Shown here: positions 51,963-62,017 of the stretch, piece by piece | How the letters are laid out: every line of letters begins with the position of its first letter | Position numbering within the stretch: the first letter of the stretch is position 1 | DNA from: Candidatus Poribacteria bacterium | Lineage (GTDB): Bacteria > Poribacteria > WGA-4E > WGA-3G | Direction: 5' to 3' | Length of the DNA: 64,000 bases | NCBI GenBank assembly: GCA_963663765.2 | Contig: CAXXUA010000005.1 | Span: 544,001-608,000 of the forward strand | The notes under the pieces: model-generated | Seen by the model: the letters and a program-made list of their open reading frames with translations, nothing else | Database searches by the model: none | What the model was told of the DNA's origin: nothing | Translations under genes and position numbers: made by a program

Positions 51963-53657
51963 CTAATTCTGTCCCAAAACCTTCAGAAACTCAGGATCTT
52001 CCTTTACTTCTGAAAATTCAGGTGTTTCAAGGAAGGCAGGATAGTATCTTGCTTCATTCCAATAATTTCCGATGTAGTTTGAAGCAAGTTTCAAATTGTG
52101 CAGAGTCTTCTCTCGATCTTTCTCAGTTACCCAGATTGCGACAGCGAGCATGAAATACGCCCAATCGTTCTTATTTTGCAGATCAAGAGAGGTTTTTAAG
52201 AAACGTTTTGCTTCCTCATACTTCTTTGACCAGACGAGGCAACACCCGAAGTCATGAGCAGCCCAGATAAGATCACCCGTATTGACAGGATAACCAGCTC
52301 CATGTTTTTCGACTTCCAATTCAATAAACTTACTGAGGTCCGAAAACACTGAATCAAAAAGTACCCAGTCTTCCTGTTTACTGTAAATCAAGACTTTATT
52401 CGTTCTAATAGCCAACCAGAATCGGAAATAATGTTTCCAATCCTGATCTTTGTTAGCATGTTCTAACTTATCTAAGCCAAGAAGTGCATCCTCAAAAAGA
52501 TCGTTGTTTCGTAATACCTCTGCTCCAATTTGCAGAAAATCACAGCGGGAGTAGTCACTCACATCTTGGTTGACTAAACGTTCGGATGCCTCATCATGAA
52601 GTTGAATCCATTCTTCAATTCGACCTTCATCTTTCCAACATCCGGCAGCGTTCAGATTAGACATCACCTCTAATACATGCTTATCTGACATGTGCTGGCA
52701 TGTCCAACGGTAAAGCCGTGTATGCTCTTCAATAGTTTCTCGGTTTCTTTCCAAACAAGCAAGACTATTCACTAAGTTCTGATGTGCCCAGAAACGTTCG
52801 TCATCACTTGGTGCTTTGTCTTGATAATTTCGGAGTAGTGCAATCCGACTTTCCATTCCGATTTTTCCATAATGCGCGTAAATATCATCCACAGCAAAAT
52901 GCACCAACTCTTTTGTGATTTTTCCCTTGAGTGCCTCTTCTACCTCAACATAAGCTTCCTTAAGGATTTCCTCTCCTGAGAGAATATCATTCTGCGTAAT
53001 GGGATAAGATTCTACCTTTTCCATATACGCATTAAATTTGCTGCGAATGTCTTCCAATTTAACAGACATAATATCTCCTTTGTAACCACTCCAAATCTCA
53101 CGAATTGTATATTCCTCCTTCAGTAGACGTTTACGGGCGCGATGGAGCCGACTCTTGACCGTATTCGTTGATACACCCAAAAAATCGCTAATATCTGCAC
53201 ACGTCATGTCTTCAAGATAGTGTAACCTGATAGTGGTACGTTCACCCACTGGTAACTTTTGAAGAAGGTGTTTAACAACTTCGCGTTGTTGTTCAAACGC
53301 AATTTCCTTTTGCTGTTTTTCGTGGTACTTTGTATAAGCCAGTTCCTCTAATTCCCCAGCAGGCATGGTATCTAAGGACGTCATTGGAATCCGCTTTTTT
53401 TCATACCAAGCGTAACAATAACGAGCTGCTATCACATAAAGCCACCCAACAAAACTATTCTGATTCTTCAATGTGTGAAGTTTCTGGTGGACTCTCAAGA
53501 ATATATCTTGCGTGACTTCTTCAGCGATGTGGTAGTCACCGATTTTCCGCCATACGAAAGTGTGAACGGGCTTTTGGTATTTTTGCACAAGTACGTTGAA
53601 AGCAGATTGGTCACCTGCCAATGTTCGTTGAATCAATTGTGCGTCATCGTTTTTCAT
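51963..53657 (-). CDS. ECF sigma factor with long soluble helical/TPR-like C-terminal domain
   Basis: AEEVTQDIF and TVKSRLHRAR motifs; ~370-aa helical extension. Confidence 0.9.
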   Translation of the reverse strand: MKNDDAQLIQRTLAGDQSAFNVLVQKYQKPVHTFVWRKIGDYHIAEEVTQDIFLRVHQKLHTLKNQNSFVGWLYVIAARYCYAWYEKKRIPMTSLDTMPAGELEELAYTKYHEKQQKEIAFEQQREVVKHLLQKLPVGERTTIRLHYLEDMTCADISDFLGVSTNTVKSRLHRARKRLLKEEYTIREIWSGYKGDIMSVKLEDIRSKFNAYMEKVESYPITQNDILSGEEILKEAYVEVEEALKGKITKELVHFAVDDIYAHYGKIGMESRIALLRNYQDKAPSDDERFWAHQNLVNSLACLERNRETIEEHTRLYRWTCQHMSDKHVLEVMSNLNAAGCWKDEGRIEEWIQLHDEASERLVNQDVSDYSRCDFLQIGAEVLRNNDLFEDALLGLDKLEHANKDQDWKHYFRFWLAIRTNKVLIYSKQEDWVLFDSVFSDLSKFIELEVEKHGAGYPVNTGDLIWAAHDFGCCLVWSKKYEEAKRFLKTSLDLQNKNDWAYFMLAVAIWVTEKDREKTLHNLKLASNYIGNYWNEARYYPAFLETPEFSEVKEDPEFLKVLGQN

Positions 53658-54003
53658 GTTTCAGCTCCAAAAACATATCGTCTTTCATAATGTTAAGATA
53701 GGTTATAGAAGCGGGAGGGTTGCACAAAGTGTGGAATTTTGGAGATGAGACATATATAATACCATTTCTGATTGTTTATACAACAAAATATCTTAGGTCG
53801 GTGCAAGCATAACAACCTCCGACACATAAAATATTATTGAGTTTTCCGTGTCGGAGGTCGCAAACTCGTTCCGACCGACAAAATAGATATAATGGCTGTG
53901 TATGAATAAGAAATGTATAAAAACATTGATTTTTGGTTTGTGACGTTTGTCACCACGCAATTCATGTGAGATCTTGTTCAGTCAAAATTATGAATTTCAC
54001 ATA

Positions 54004-55706
54004 CTATTTTCCAAAAATATGCAGAAACTCTGGATCGTCCTTTATATCTGAAAACTCGTGTGTGCTACGAAAAGATGAATAGTAACTATCCATATAATTG
54101 TAGGCTTCTACTATATAGTAGTCCTGAGCAATTTTTAAATGATGCAAAGTTTTCTCGCGATCCTTCTTTGATGCCCAGATACTCACAGCGAGCATGAAGT
54201 GTCCATAATGATTGTTATTCCCCAAATCACTCGCAACCTGCAGGAATCGTGTTGCATCACTATACTTACCTAACCACACAAGGACACACCCTATATCATG
54301 AGTAAACCATATTAGATCACTAAGATCTACAGGTTGACCTGCTTCCATTTTTTCAACTCTACTTCCATATAGTAAGTAACTTCCGTAATAATTTCAATGT
54401 AACGTTCCCACTCCTTCTTTCTGGCATACAGTAGAAGTCGATTTGTTCTCACAGCCAACCAAAATCGAAAAAAATGTTTCCAATCTTGTTTAGTGTTCAC
54501 GCGTTCCAATTTCTCTATCTCTTGAAGTGCCTCATCAGTCCTACCGTTTGCACGTAAGACTTCTGCTCCCATTTGCAAAAAATCGCAGCGACTGTAGTAA
54601 CTCACTTCAGATTTATCTAAACGTTCAGATGCTTCAGTATATAGTTGGATCCAGTCATCAATTCTATTTTCAGCTGCCCAACATCCAGCACTATTTAGAT
54701 TAGAAATAATTTGCAAGACATCCTTATCAGGTAGGTTTTGGTGGCATGCCCACTTGTAAAGTCGAGTGTGTTCCTCAACAGCTTCTCGGTTCTTCCCGAG
54801 AATAGAGAGACTGATGACTAAATTCTCATGTGCCCAAAAACGTTCTGTATCATCTGGTGCATCATCCAAATATTTACGGAGTAAAGTCACACGTTTTTCT
54901 ATACCGAGTCTACCCATGTGTGGATACAAATTATCAACCACAAGATGTACTAATTCAGGTGTAATTTCGCCCTTAAGCGTATCTTCAATCTCTTTGGATG
55001 CATCCTTAAGAATACTCTCTCTTGATGTTGGATCAGATTTTACTTGTTCCATGAATGAATCGAACTTGCTGCGAAGTTGCTCTAATTGACTCATTATATT
55101 CTCCTTTAAATCATGGGGTATTTGTATTTGACCAAAGAATTCTTGATCTAACAGTTCCTGATCAGTTTGTAAACGTTTTCGTGCACGTTGGAGACGGCTG
55201 GTAATTGTATTTACCGACACTCCCATGAATTCACCAATCTCTTTTGTTGACATTTCGTCGAGATAGTAGTGTGTTACCACCGCGCGTTCTTCCTCTGGTA
55301 GTTTATCCAGTAGCTTTTGCACAAGCTCCTGGCAATACTCGTTTCTATCAGTTACCCACTGTTCCGCAATGTGATGAGTATAAGAGGCTTCCCCAATTTC
55401 TTCTGGATGAGTGGTCTCCAGAGATTGCATCACAGGCTTTTGCTTTCGTATCCAATCAATGCAAAGGTGTTTTGCGATGACATGAATCCATCCTGCAAAT
55501 TGGTCATGATCTTTGAGTGTAGACAATTTTTTATATGCCTTAAGGAATGTGTCTTGCATGATCTCTTCCGCATAGTGAAAGTCGTGTAACTTTCTCCATG
55601 CAAGCGCGTGAATGCTCTTTTGGTACCTTTCTACCAAGACACCAAACGCAGCCTCGTCCCCAGATAAGATTTTGCGTATCAATTTAACATCGTCATCTCT
55701 TTCCAC
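54004..55706 (-). pseudogene. Paralogous ECF sigma/TPR-like gene split by a 1-nt frameshift
   Basis: ORFs 54327-55706 and 54004-54348 together align with 51963-53657; break falls in an A6 run at 54348-54353. Confidence 0.8.
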
Positions 55707-55718
55707 AAGATTTTCCCA

Positions 55719-58040
55719 TTATTTCAGATATTCGTCGAACCAGTTTAGCACTCGTTCCCAATAATCGGCAAGTTTTTCATTTGACCAGAAGCCATGCCAG
55801 TGGTCTGCCTCCTTGTATTTCAATAACACAACTTCTTTCTCAAGATTTGCAAGTCCAATGAACATTTCCTGTGCTTGTTCAAAGGGTATGAAATCTTGAT
55901 CTCCGTGAATCAAAAGCAAAGGAGTTTCAATCTTATCCAGATGGAACACTGGTGAACCATCAATATAACGTTGTGGAAATTCCCATAAGGAACCACCCAT
56001 TCCAGCTTGTCCCGTCTCGTGCCAACCGGTACCAAGTCCACTATATAGGTATCCACTGATTAAGTTGCCTACAGATGCAGAAGCGACTGCTGCTTTAAAT
56101 CGCGTTGTTTGTGTGATAAGCACATTTACAGTATATCCCCCGAAACTATGACCGATGACACCCAACCGTTCTGCATCTATCTTTTTAGTCGCAATTGCAG
56201 CGTCAATTCCTGGAAGAATGACACTGGAAAACTGCTTGAACGGTTCAATCTTCGGGACGGGGAAATCGGGCAAGAAAAGCGCATAGCCTCGTGAGACAAA
56301 CATACCCGGATGTGCCCCCCCTATGTTCTCCCCGAAAGCAAATCTGTTGAAGGCATGTGAATGGGTGCCTCCTGCATAAGTGTTTACGATCATCGGGACA
56401 GGATTTTTCTCAGATGCCTCAGATGGTAGGACGAGGATCCCTTTAATTCTTTGTCCATCATCAAGGGTCCACTCAATAAGTTCGCTTGTGCCCAAGTCAA
56501 TTGTCTTTAGGTGTGGATTAGTGTCAGTAATTTGCCGCGGTGATTCAAAATTAGCATCACTCATCCAGATATTCTGCGGTTCTTGACTATTTTCCATAAC
56601 ATAAACAAATTCTCCAGTTTTCTCTGCAACATCTTGATGAAAGCGGCCTGCGTGAACATTCCGATGTTCGTCTTTGTACAAAAGTGTTATTGTGTCATCC
56701 CTGAGGTTCAGGCGATAGAAACCGTTATCATAAGTGTTTATTATGATGGCGTTATCTACCGTCAAGGGTGTATATCCTTCGCTTGGGTAAAAAACATCAT
56801 GAGCAGAAAACTCAAATTTTTCTGTCAAGTTTCGTATAGCGTCACCGTTCAGAGGTACTTTCCATATTTCACCTTTCGCGATGCATAGGAGTGCCTCGCT
56901 TTCTGCTGTCCAGAGTGCGGGTTTATATAATCGTCCAAGGTCAACGTCAAGGTCTTCTGTGAGATTGCGGACAATACCTGTTTCTAATTCAACAACGTAT
57001 GCATTCCCTGATGCTAATTTACCCCCCTCACCGCCTGTTGTCCATGCAACGTGTTTTGAGTCTGGAGACCAATTGACAGTAATTCCGTACGCAAGACGTA
57101 TCTTCCGAACAAGAGGTTCAATTTCCGTGGTGGAAGACTCACTTAACTCCTTTGGTAGCGGTAAGATGTAGAGATCAAAGATACGTTGTTGCACATCAGG
57201 TCTTTCATTTCCCAAGTTAACCGTAACAGCAACATGTTCCCCGTTCGGAGCAATATCAAAACTTCTGATCTCATACTCCTTCATCAACGAGAATGTTTTC
57301 CCGGTTTTAGTGTCAGCTATAACAAGGTTTTTGTCCGCTCTTCCTCGTTCTTTTCTTTTAGGTTGTTCGTTTTCCTGTGTTGATTCATCTTCTCGTTTTT
57401 GAAATCGTTTTTTGGGCCAGTCCCAAATTTCAACAAAGGAAGGTTTAGGCGAAATTTCTGATTTGTCTTCGACAGATTCCTCTTTGTTGGGGGCCTCTAT
57501 AGCAGAAATGGATTTGAAAAGAACAAACCGTCCATCTGGGGTCCATTTCGGCACCTCGAAGCCAAAGAACGTCCGAACGGTTGCCGATGTAAACTCCTGC
57601 ATGTCGTCAGATTCTCGGTTCCAGACATATAGATAAGGCTTACCCATGCGATCCGAGAAAAAGGCAAGACACGTTCCATCAGGAGACCATCTCGGTGCCC
57701 AACTTGAACCCCAATTCTGAGTGAGATTGCGATGTTCACCCGTTCGTGTATTCGTTACCCAAACCGTTCCGTACGCCATTTCTATCATCACACCTGTTTT
57801 AGAATATGCTGAGTTTCCACCGCCACCTTCATACTGCTCACGGTTCTGCGTGTTGTAGGCAATCCAGTTTCCATCGGAGGTAATATCAATAGGGACTCTG
57901 AAAATAAACTCGTTAAATTTTAGCAAATCTTCAAGTGTTAAAGGATTCAGATCTTCTCCTTCGCTAATGGTTGTTGATGTAGATACCACAAAACATAAGA
58001 GTAAACCATAGCAAATGTTAACAATGTTTTTGAAATTCAT
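55719..58040 (-). CDS. S9 family peptidase (prolyl oligopeptidase / acylaminoacyl peptidase)
   Basis: WSPDG propeller repeats; GHSFGG, HG..D and H catalytic motifs. Confidence 0.92.
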   Translation of the reverse strand: MNFKNIVNICYGLLLCFVVSTSTTISEGEDLNPLTLEDLLKFNEFIFRVPIDITSDGNWIAYNTQNREQYEGGGGNSAYSKTGVMIEMAYGTVWVTNTRTGEHRNLTQNWGSSWAPRWSPDGTCLAFFSDRMGKPYLYVWNRESDDMQEFTSATVRTFFGFEVPKWTPDGRFVLFKSISAIEAPNKEESVEDKSEISPKPSFVEIWDWPKKRFQKREDESTQENEQPKRKERGRADKNLVIADTKTGKTFSLMKEYEIRSFDIAPNGEHVAVTVNLGNERPDVQQRIFDLYILPLPKELSESSTTEIEPLVRKIRLAYGITVNWSPDSKHVAWTTGGEGGKLASGNAYVVELETGIVRNLTEDLDVDLGRLYKPALWTAESEALLCIAKGEIWKVPLNGDAIRNLTEKFEFSAHDVFYPSEGYTPLTVDNAIIINTYDNGFYRLNLRDDTITLLYKDEHRNVHAGRFHQDVAEKTGEFVYVMENSQEPQNIWMSDANFESPRQITDTNPHLKTIDLGTSELIEWTLDDGQRIKGILVLPSEASEKNPVPMIVNTYAGGTHSHAFNRFAFGENIGGAHPGMFVSRGYALFLPDFPVPKIEPFKQFSSVILPGIDAAIATKKIDAERLGVIGHSFGGYTVNVLITQTTRFKAAVASASVGNLISGYLYSGLGTGWHETGQAGMGGSLWEFPQRYIDGSPVFHLDKIETPLLLIHGDQDFIPFEQAQEMFIGLANLEKEVVLLKYKEADHWHGFWSNEKLADYWERVLNWFDEYLK

Positions 58041-58355
58041 TCTATTCTTCTCCTTTACGTAAAATTATCAATACGGTTCACACTCTCTAATATTTAAAGA
58101 CGAAGTTTTGATCAAAAAACGTGCAATATAGTTAAAAAGTGAAAAAAAGTTATTTATGGTAGAATTTTTGTGCGGAGAAATGATAAACCCGATTTCATAA
58201 TCTCAGGGTGAGAATAATTGAGATGTGTCTCAACGTATTTAATGGTGAAGCGGATGGTTCTCAATGGTATAAGTTTGTGCCTGATATAAGTGATCATGTA
58301 ATGCGCAAACTATTCCATAAATTATCTGTGATTTAATCACTTAGTTTTTTCTGTT

Positions 58356-59516
58356 CAGGACTTACGCACCTAACGGTAGGCGCGCTTTGAAAGCGCGCTG
58401 GAAACCAAAAAAATGCTGAAAATTACACCATTTTCGTCATAATTCTTCATCAAATCATGAAAACTGCGTAAGTCCTGCTGTTTATAGTTATTTCATAGAT
58501 GTTTCGTAGATTTTACAGGACTTACGCACCCAACGGTAGGCGTGCTTTGTAAGCGCGCCGGAAACCTAAAATATGCTGAAAATTACATCGTTTTCGGCTT
58601 AAGTCTTGATTGGATCATGAAAACTGCGTAAGTCCTGTTTTATAATTGACTTGACATTTTGAATAGTAGGAGGTAACTCCGATTTCCGACTATCAAAAGG
58701 TTTGGTCATGATTCTGAGATCGCTCCTACAGAAGAACTGACAATATATTCTCTATAATTCACGATAATTCTGTAATTTATAGTAGAATCCGAAAATATAT
58801 TTACACTCCGAGATAGGATCTCACATAACACGTTTGTAGGTGTTGGGTAACCCAACCCCATAAGCGTCAATTTAAGGATTTTCACCTCTTGTGGGAGGGG
58901 TTTTCAACTTAAGGATTTTCACCTCTTGTAGGCTTACAATTACCCATAAGTTTTTGGGTATAGTCCGTTAAGTCTTTTGTGGGTGCCTATTGCTTAAAAA
59001 CACCTGAAAACTGACCAATATTTTAGATGTAGCATACCGTTATAGTCCTTTTAGACAAGTTTCACAAGATTTTTAGTTCTTATGACCAGTTTTCTGTAAT
59101 CTATCGGGGTTAGAAACCCCTCCTACAGCAGCATGTCGTGCCTTTGTACCTCCAATTTGACTTATGGGTAAAAGTAAGCTTGTGGGAGGGGTTTTCAACT
59201 TAAGGATTTTCACCTCTTGTGGGAGGGTTTTTCAACCCCGATGTTTTAGCGCATTTCCGCTCAAATCGAGGTTTAAAAACCCTCCCACAAGAGAAATGAA
59301 AACAATATTTTCTTAAATTGACGCCTATGGGGCGGGGAGACCCCGCCCCTACGTCCAGTAACCAAAACTTTACACACCCTAGATTTTATAATTGACTTGA
59401 CATTTTGAGTTGTAGGAGGGAACTCCGATTTCCGACTGTCAAAGGGTTTGATAGTCGGGAATCGGAGTTCCCTCCTACAACTCAGGATGTAGATTTAATT
59501 GTATAATCCACCATAA
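58356..59516. mobile_element. ~1.2-kb stack and nest of MITEs and REPs
   Basis: Family A at 58356-58477 (TSD CTGTT) and 58516-58637 (TSD TTTTA); CATAAGCGTC element ~58857-59331 with nested element ~58930-59181; repeated block 58638-58706 / ~59383-59450. Confidence 0.85.
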
Positions 59517-59525
59517 ACGCGAAAA

Positions 59526-60746
59526 CTAAGTGTCTCTGAACATAGTTTTGGAATGAAATTCAGAGATGCTTTCAACACCATGGAGCAACATTTCATCGCT
59601 TAGACCGAACACCTCAGCTACTTTCAATGGACGATCTACCGTGTCAAGAAGCCTTTGGTTCGGCATAACAAGAACAGAATCAGCATTTTCGCGAAGTTCC
59701 TGCAGTCCTTGTTCTGCGCGTTCGGCGCGCCGTTCCCCTTCAAACATAAACGGACAAGTGACAATGCCAACAGTTAGAGCCCCTTGTTCTCGCGCAAGGG
59801 ATGCAATCAGAGGTGCAGCACCTGTTCCTGTCCCACCACCCATGCCAGCGGTAATGAAGACCATGTCCGCGTCCGCAACAATGTTATGGAGCGTTTCTCT
59901 GTCTTCCTCAGCGGCTTTTTTACCTATCTCTGGATTTGCGCCACAACCAAGTCCTTGCGTGGTGTTCGCACCGATCTGAACCGGTGTTGCGTCAGCGCAT
60001 GTATCCAATGCTTGTTGATCTGTGTTTACAACGTAGAATTCAATATCTGTCAAACCGGCACCTATCATTCGTTTGACAGCGTTCCCTCCCGCTCCACCGA
60101 CGCCAATAACTTTAATTTTCGTTCGGGTGCGTTTGGATTTATCTTGTTTAGATGACATAACTTTACCTCTTTCAGGTTCAACGTTGAACTCCTTACGTAG
60201 GAGTTCACGTGCCTGTCTTAATTTGGTTTTGATTGTTCCTATCGCTAATTCGAGTTCAGCGTGGATCTCTTTGACACTCCACAATTCCAGATAGTATAAC
60301 TCCGCGACGCGGCGCACTTTTTCTGGAAGATGATGCACTGCTTCATTTACTGCCTCACGAAGTTCTGTTTCTTGGAAACGTGTAACTGCGTTCTGATCAA
60401 TTTGATCGGTTAAGTAAGCATCACTGCACAGAATTTCACCCTTTGAATGGTGGCGAGAAACGTAGTACCTCTTGCAGGCGTTGTAAGCAATGCGGTGCAG
60501 CCATCCACCAAAACTCTCAAGGTTTTGCAGTCCGCTGATGTTTTCCCAAACAGAACGCCAGACATCCATGAGAATTTCTTCAGCGTCGCGGCGTTGTCTC
60601 GAATTTGTGATAATCACTTTCCAGATGCGTGGACTATAACGCAACATCAGTTCTGTCAATGCTGATTCATCTCCGATTTGTGTAAACTGGATGAGTTCTT
60701 CATCTGTCAGATCTGTGTACGTTGATAGATTGTCTCGCATAAACAT
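59526..60746 (-). CDS. ECF sigma factor fused to an FtsZ N-terminal GTPase domain
   Basis: Sigma regions 2 and 4 (DAEEILMDVW, GTIKTKLRQAR), then KIKVIGVGGAGGNAV, NTD, GLGCGANPEIG, GMGGGTGTG, PF.FEG..R. Confidence 0.92.
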   Translation of the reverse strand: MFMRDNLSTYTDLTDEELIQFTQIGDESALTELMLRYSPRIWKVIITNSRQRRDAEEILMDVWRSVWENISGLQNLESFGGWLHRIAYNACKRYYVSRHHSKGEILCSDAYLTDQIDQNAVTRFQETELREAVNEAVHHLPEKVRRVAELYYLELWSVKEIHAELELAIGTIKTKLRQARELLRKEFNVEPERGKVMSSKQDKSKRTRTKIKVIGVGGAGGNAVKRMIGAGLTDIEFYVVNTDQQALDTCADATPVQIGANTTQGLGCGANPEIGKKAAEEDRETLHNIVADADMVFITAGMGGGTGTGAAPLIASLAREQGALTVGIVTCPFMFEGERRAERAEQGLQELRENADSVLVMPNQRLLDTVDRPLKVAEVFGLSDEMLLHGVESISEFHSKTMFRDT

Positions 60747-60853
60747 TTTCCAATTAGATTTAACCTATAGAGTTATCTTTTTCGGTAGGGGGTTTAAAAA
60801 AAGCAAAATTTTTAAGAATTTAGAATCTTCCATTCTGAATTTCAGTTATTTCA

Positions 60854-61636
60854 TTAATTAGTTTTTTCCGATTTTAGATATTTTAATGTGTTTTCGACAA
60901 TGTAGTCCCCTGAATCTTCAAGAAACTGCTGAACCAGAAATGCATGCCCAGCACCGATAATCAGCAAAATTCGATCATTGGCAGATTCGGTGATGCGTGT
61001 CAGATTCACAAAGATTTTAAGATTTCTCTCGTACCAGCCCAATAACCAATCCAATCCGACATATTGGTCTGCTACACCGATTTGGGCGAGTGTGAACTGT
61101 GGAAGCATGTTAATCTCATGTATAACACGAATGGTTTCTTTCTGATTGAGAAAATGGAGCATATCAATCACACTCCCAGTTTTTTGGAGCTCTATGAGGG
61201 TGGCGAGAGGCTTCTGTACTATAGATTGAAGTCTGGTATCTGCTTTTTCCAGCAATCGGCATTGGTTATGCGTCTTTGCAAATGCATCAACATCCACTAT
61301 TTTTTCCTTGTCTGATCTCCCAAAGTAGTCAACACAGTAAATCTTTGGATGTTGCATCTCTTTTGCCAGTGGAAAACTGACTTGATCGCCTTCACTCCGT
61401 CCCGGTTTATATACTTCATTTAGATAATCTTGATACTGAGCGTTGACTTCAGCATCAAGACTGGTATCTGCCTCAACTGCTATCTTATCTGGGTTAAATT
61501 GCGCAAGTTGTTTGACAAGTTGCTGAAGTTCACGCTGCATTTTAGGAGCCAACACATCATCTGATTCAAAGTTGACAGCATCCGCTCCTGGGTTGTCCAT
61601 GTGATAAGTGCCAAGAATCATGATAGTTGGTTTCAT
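60854..61636 (-). CDS. DUF5694-like (TraB/erythromycin-esterase-like) protein
   Basis: ILGTYHM, WYERNLKIF.N and IIGAGH motifs; AAAGGAG RBS. Confidence 0.7.
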   Translation of the reverse strand: MKPTIMILGTYHMDNPGADAVNFESDDVLAPKMQRELQQLVKQLAQFNPDKIAVEADTSLDAEVNAQYQDYLNEVYKPGRSEGDQVSFPLAKEMQHPKIYCVDYFGRSDKEKIVDVDAFAKTHNQCRLLEKADTRLQSIVQKPLATLIELQKTGSVIDMLHFLNQKETIRVIHEINMLPQFTLAQIGVADQYVGLDWLLGWYERNLKIFVNLTRITESANDRILLIIGAGHAFLVQQFLEDSGDYIVENTLKYLKSEKTN

Positions 61637-61693
61637 TGATGTGTTTTCTCCTTTACGCACTGTAGGTTTGCATAAGAAATGGAATTATTGACA

Positions 61694-61865
61694 TTATAGT
61701 GAAATATACAATTAAGTTTACACGTTTTCTGTAGGCGGGGAATGCCAATAGGCATTCATACCGTTGATTTCGATCTCCGAATCGCGACTAAACGCCTTGA
61801 TAGTCGGGAATCGGAGTTCCCTCCTACACCTGAAAGTGTAAAAATAATTCTACAATCCACTATAA
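61694..61865. mobile_element. Inverted copy of the 5317-5455 MITE with a GAATGCC-hairpin insert
   Basis: Colinear with the reverse complement of 5317-5455, except that AG after GTAGG is replaced by a 35-nt module. Confidence 0.88.
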
Positions 61866-62017
61866 CCACTGATTGTTTGAATTTACGCGAGTGATGCAGC
61901 AAGCACAGATGGCTTGCTGCATCACTTGGTGGGAGATAGATCCGAGTCCTTATCTGTCAAGATCTTAGTGATATTATAGAGACATAGACAACTAACATAT
62001 TTGCATATATGATAGAT

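Noticed and set aside
49730-52121. Diversity-generating retroelement template/variable repeat pair
   Set aside because: Differences are not adenine-specific and no reverse transcriptase is present
59526-60158. The cell's division ftsZ
   Set aside because: It lacks the T7 loop, C-terminal domain and tail, and has no dcw neighbours
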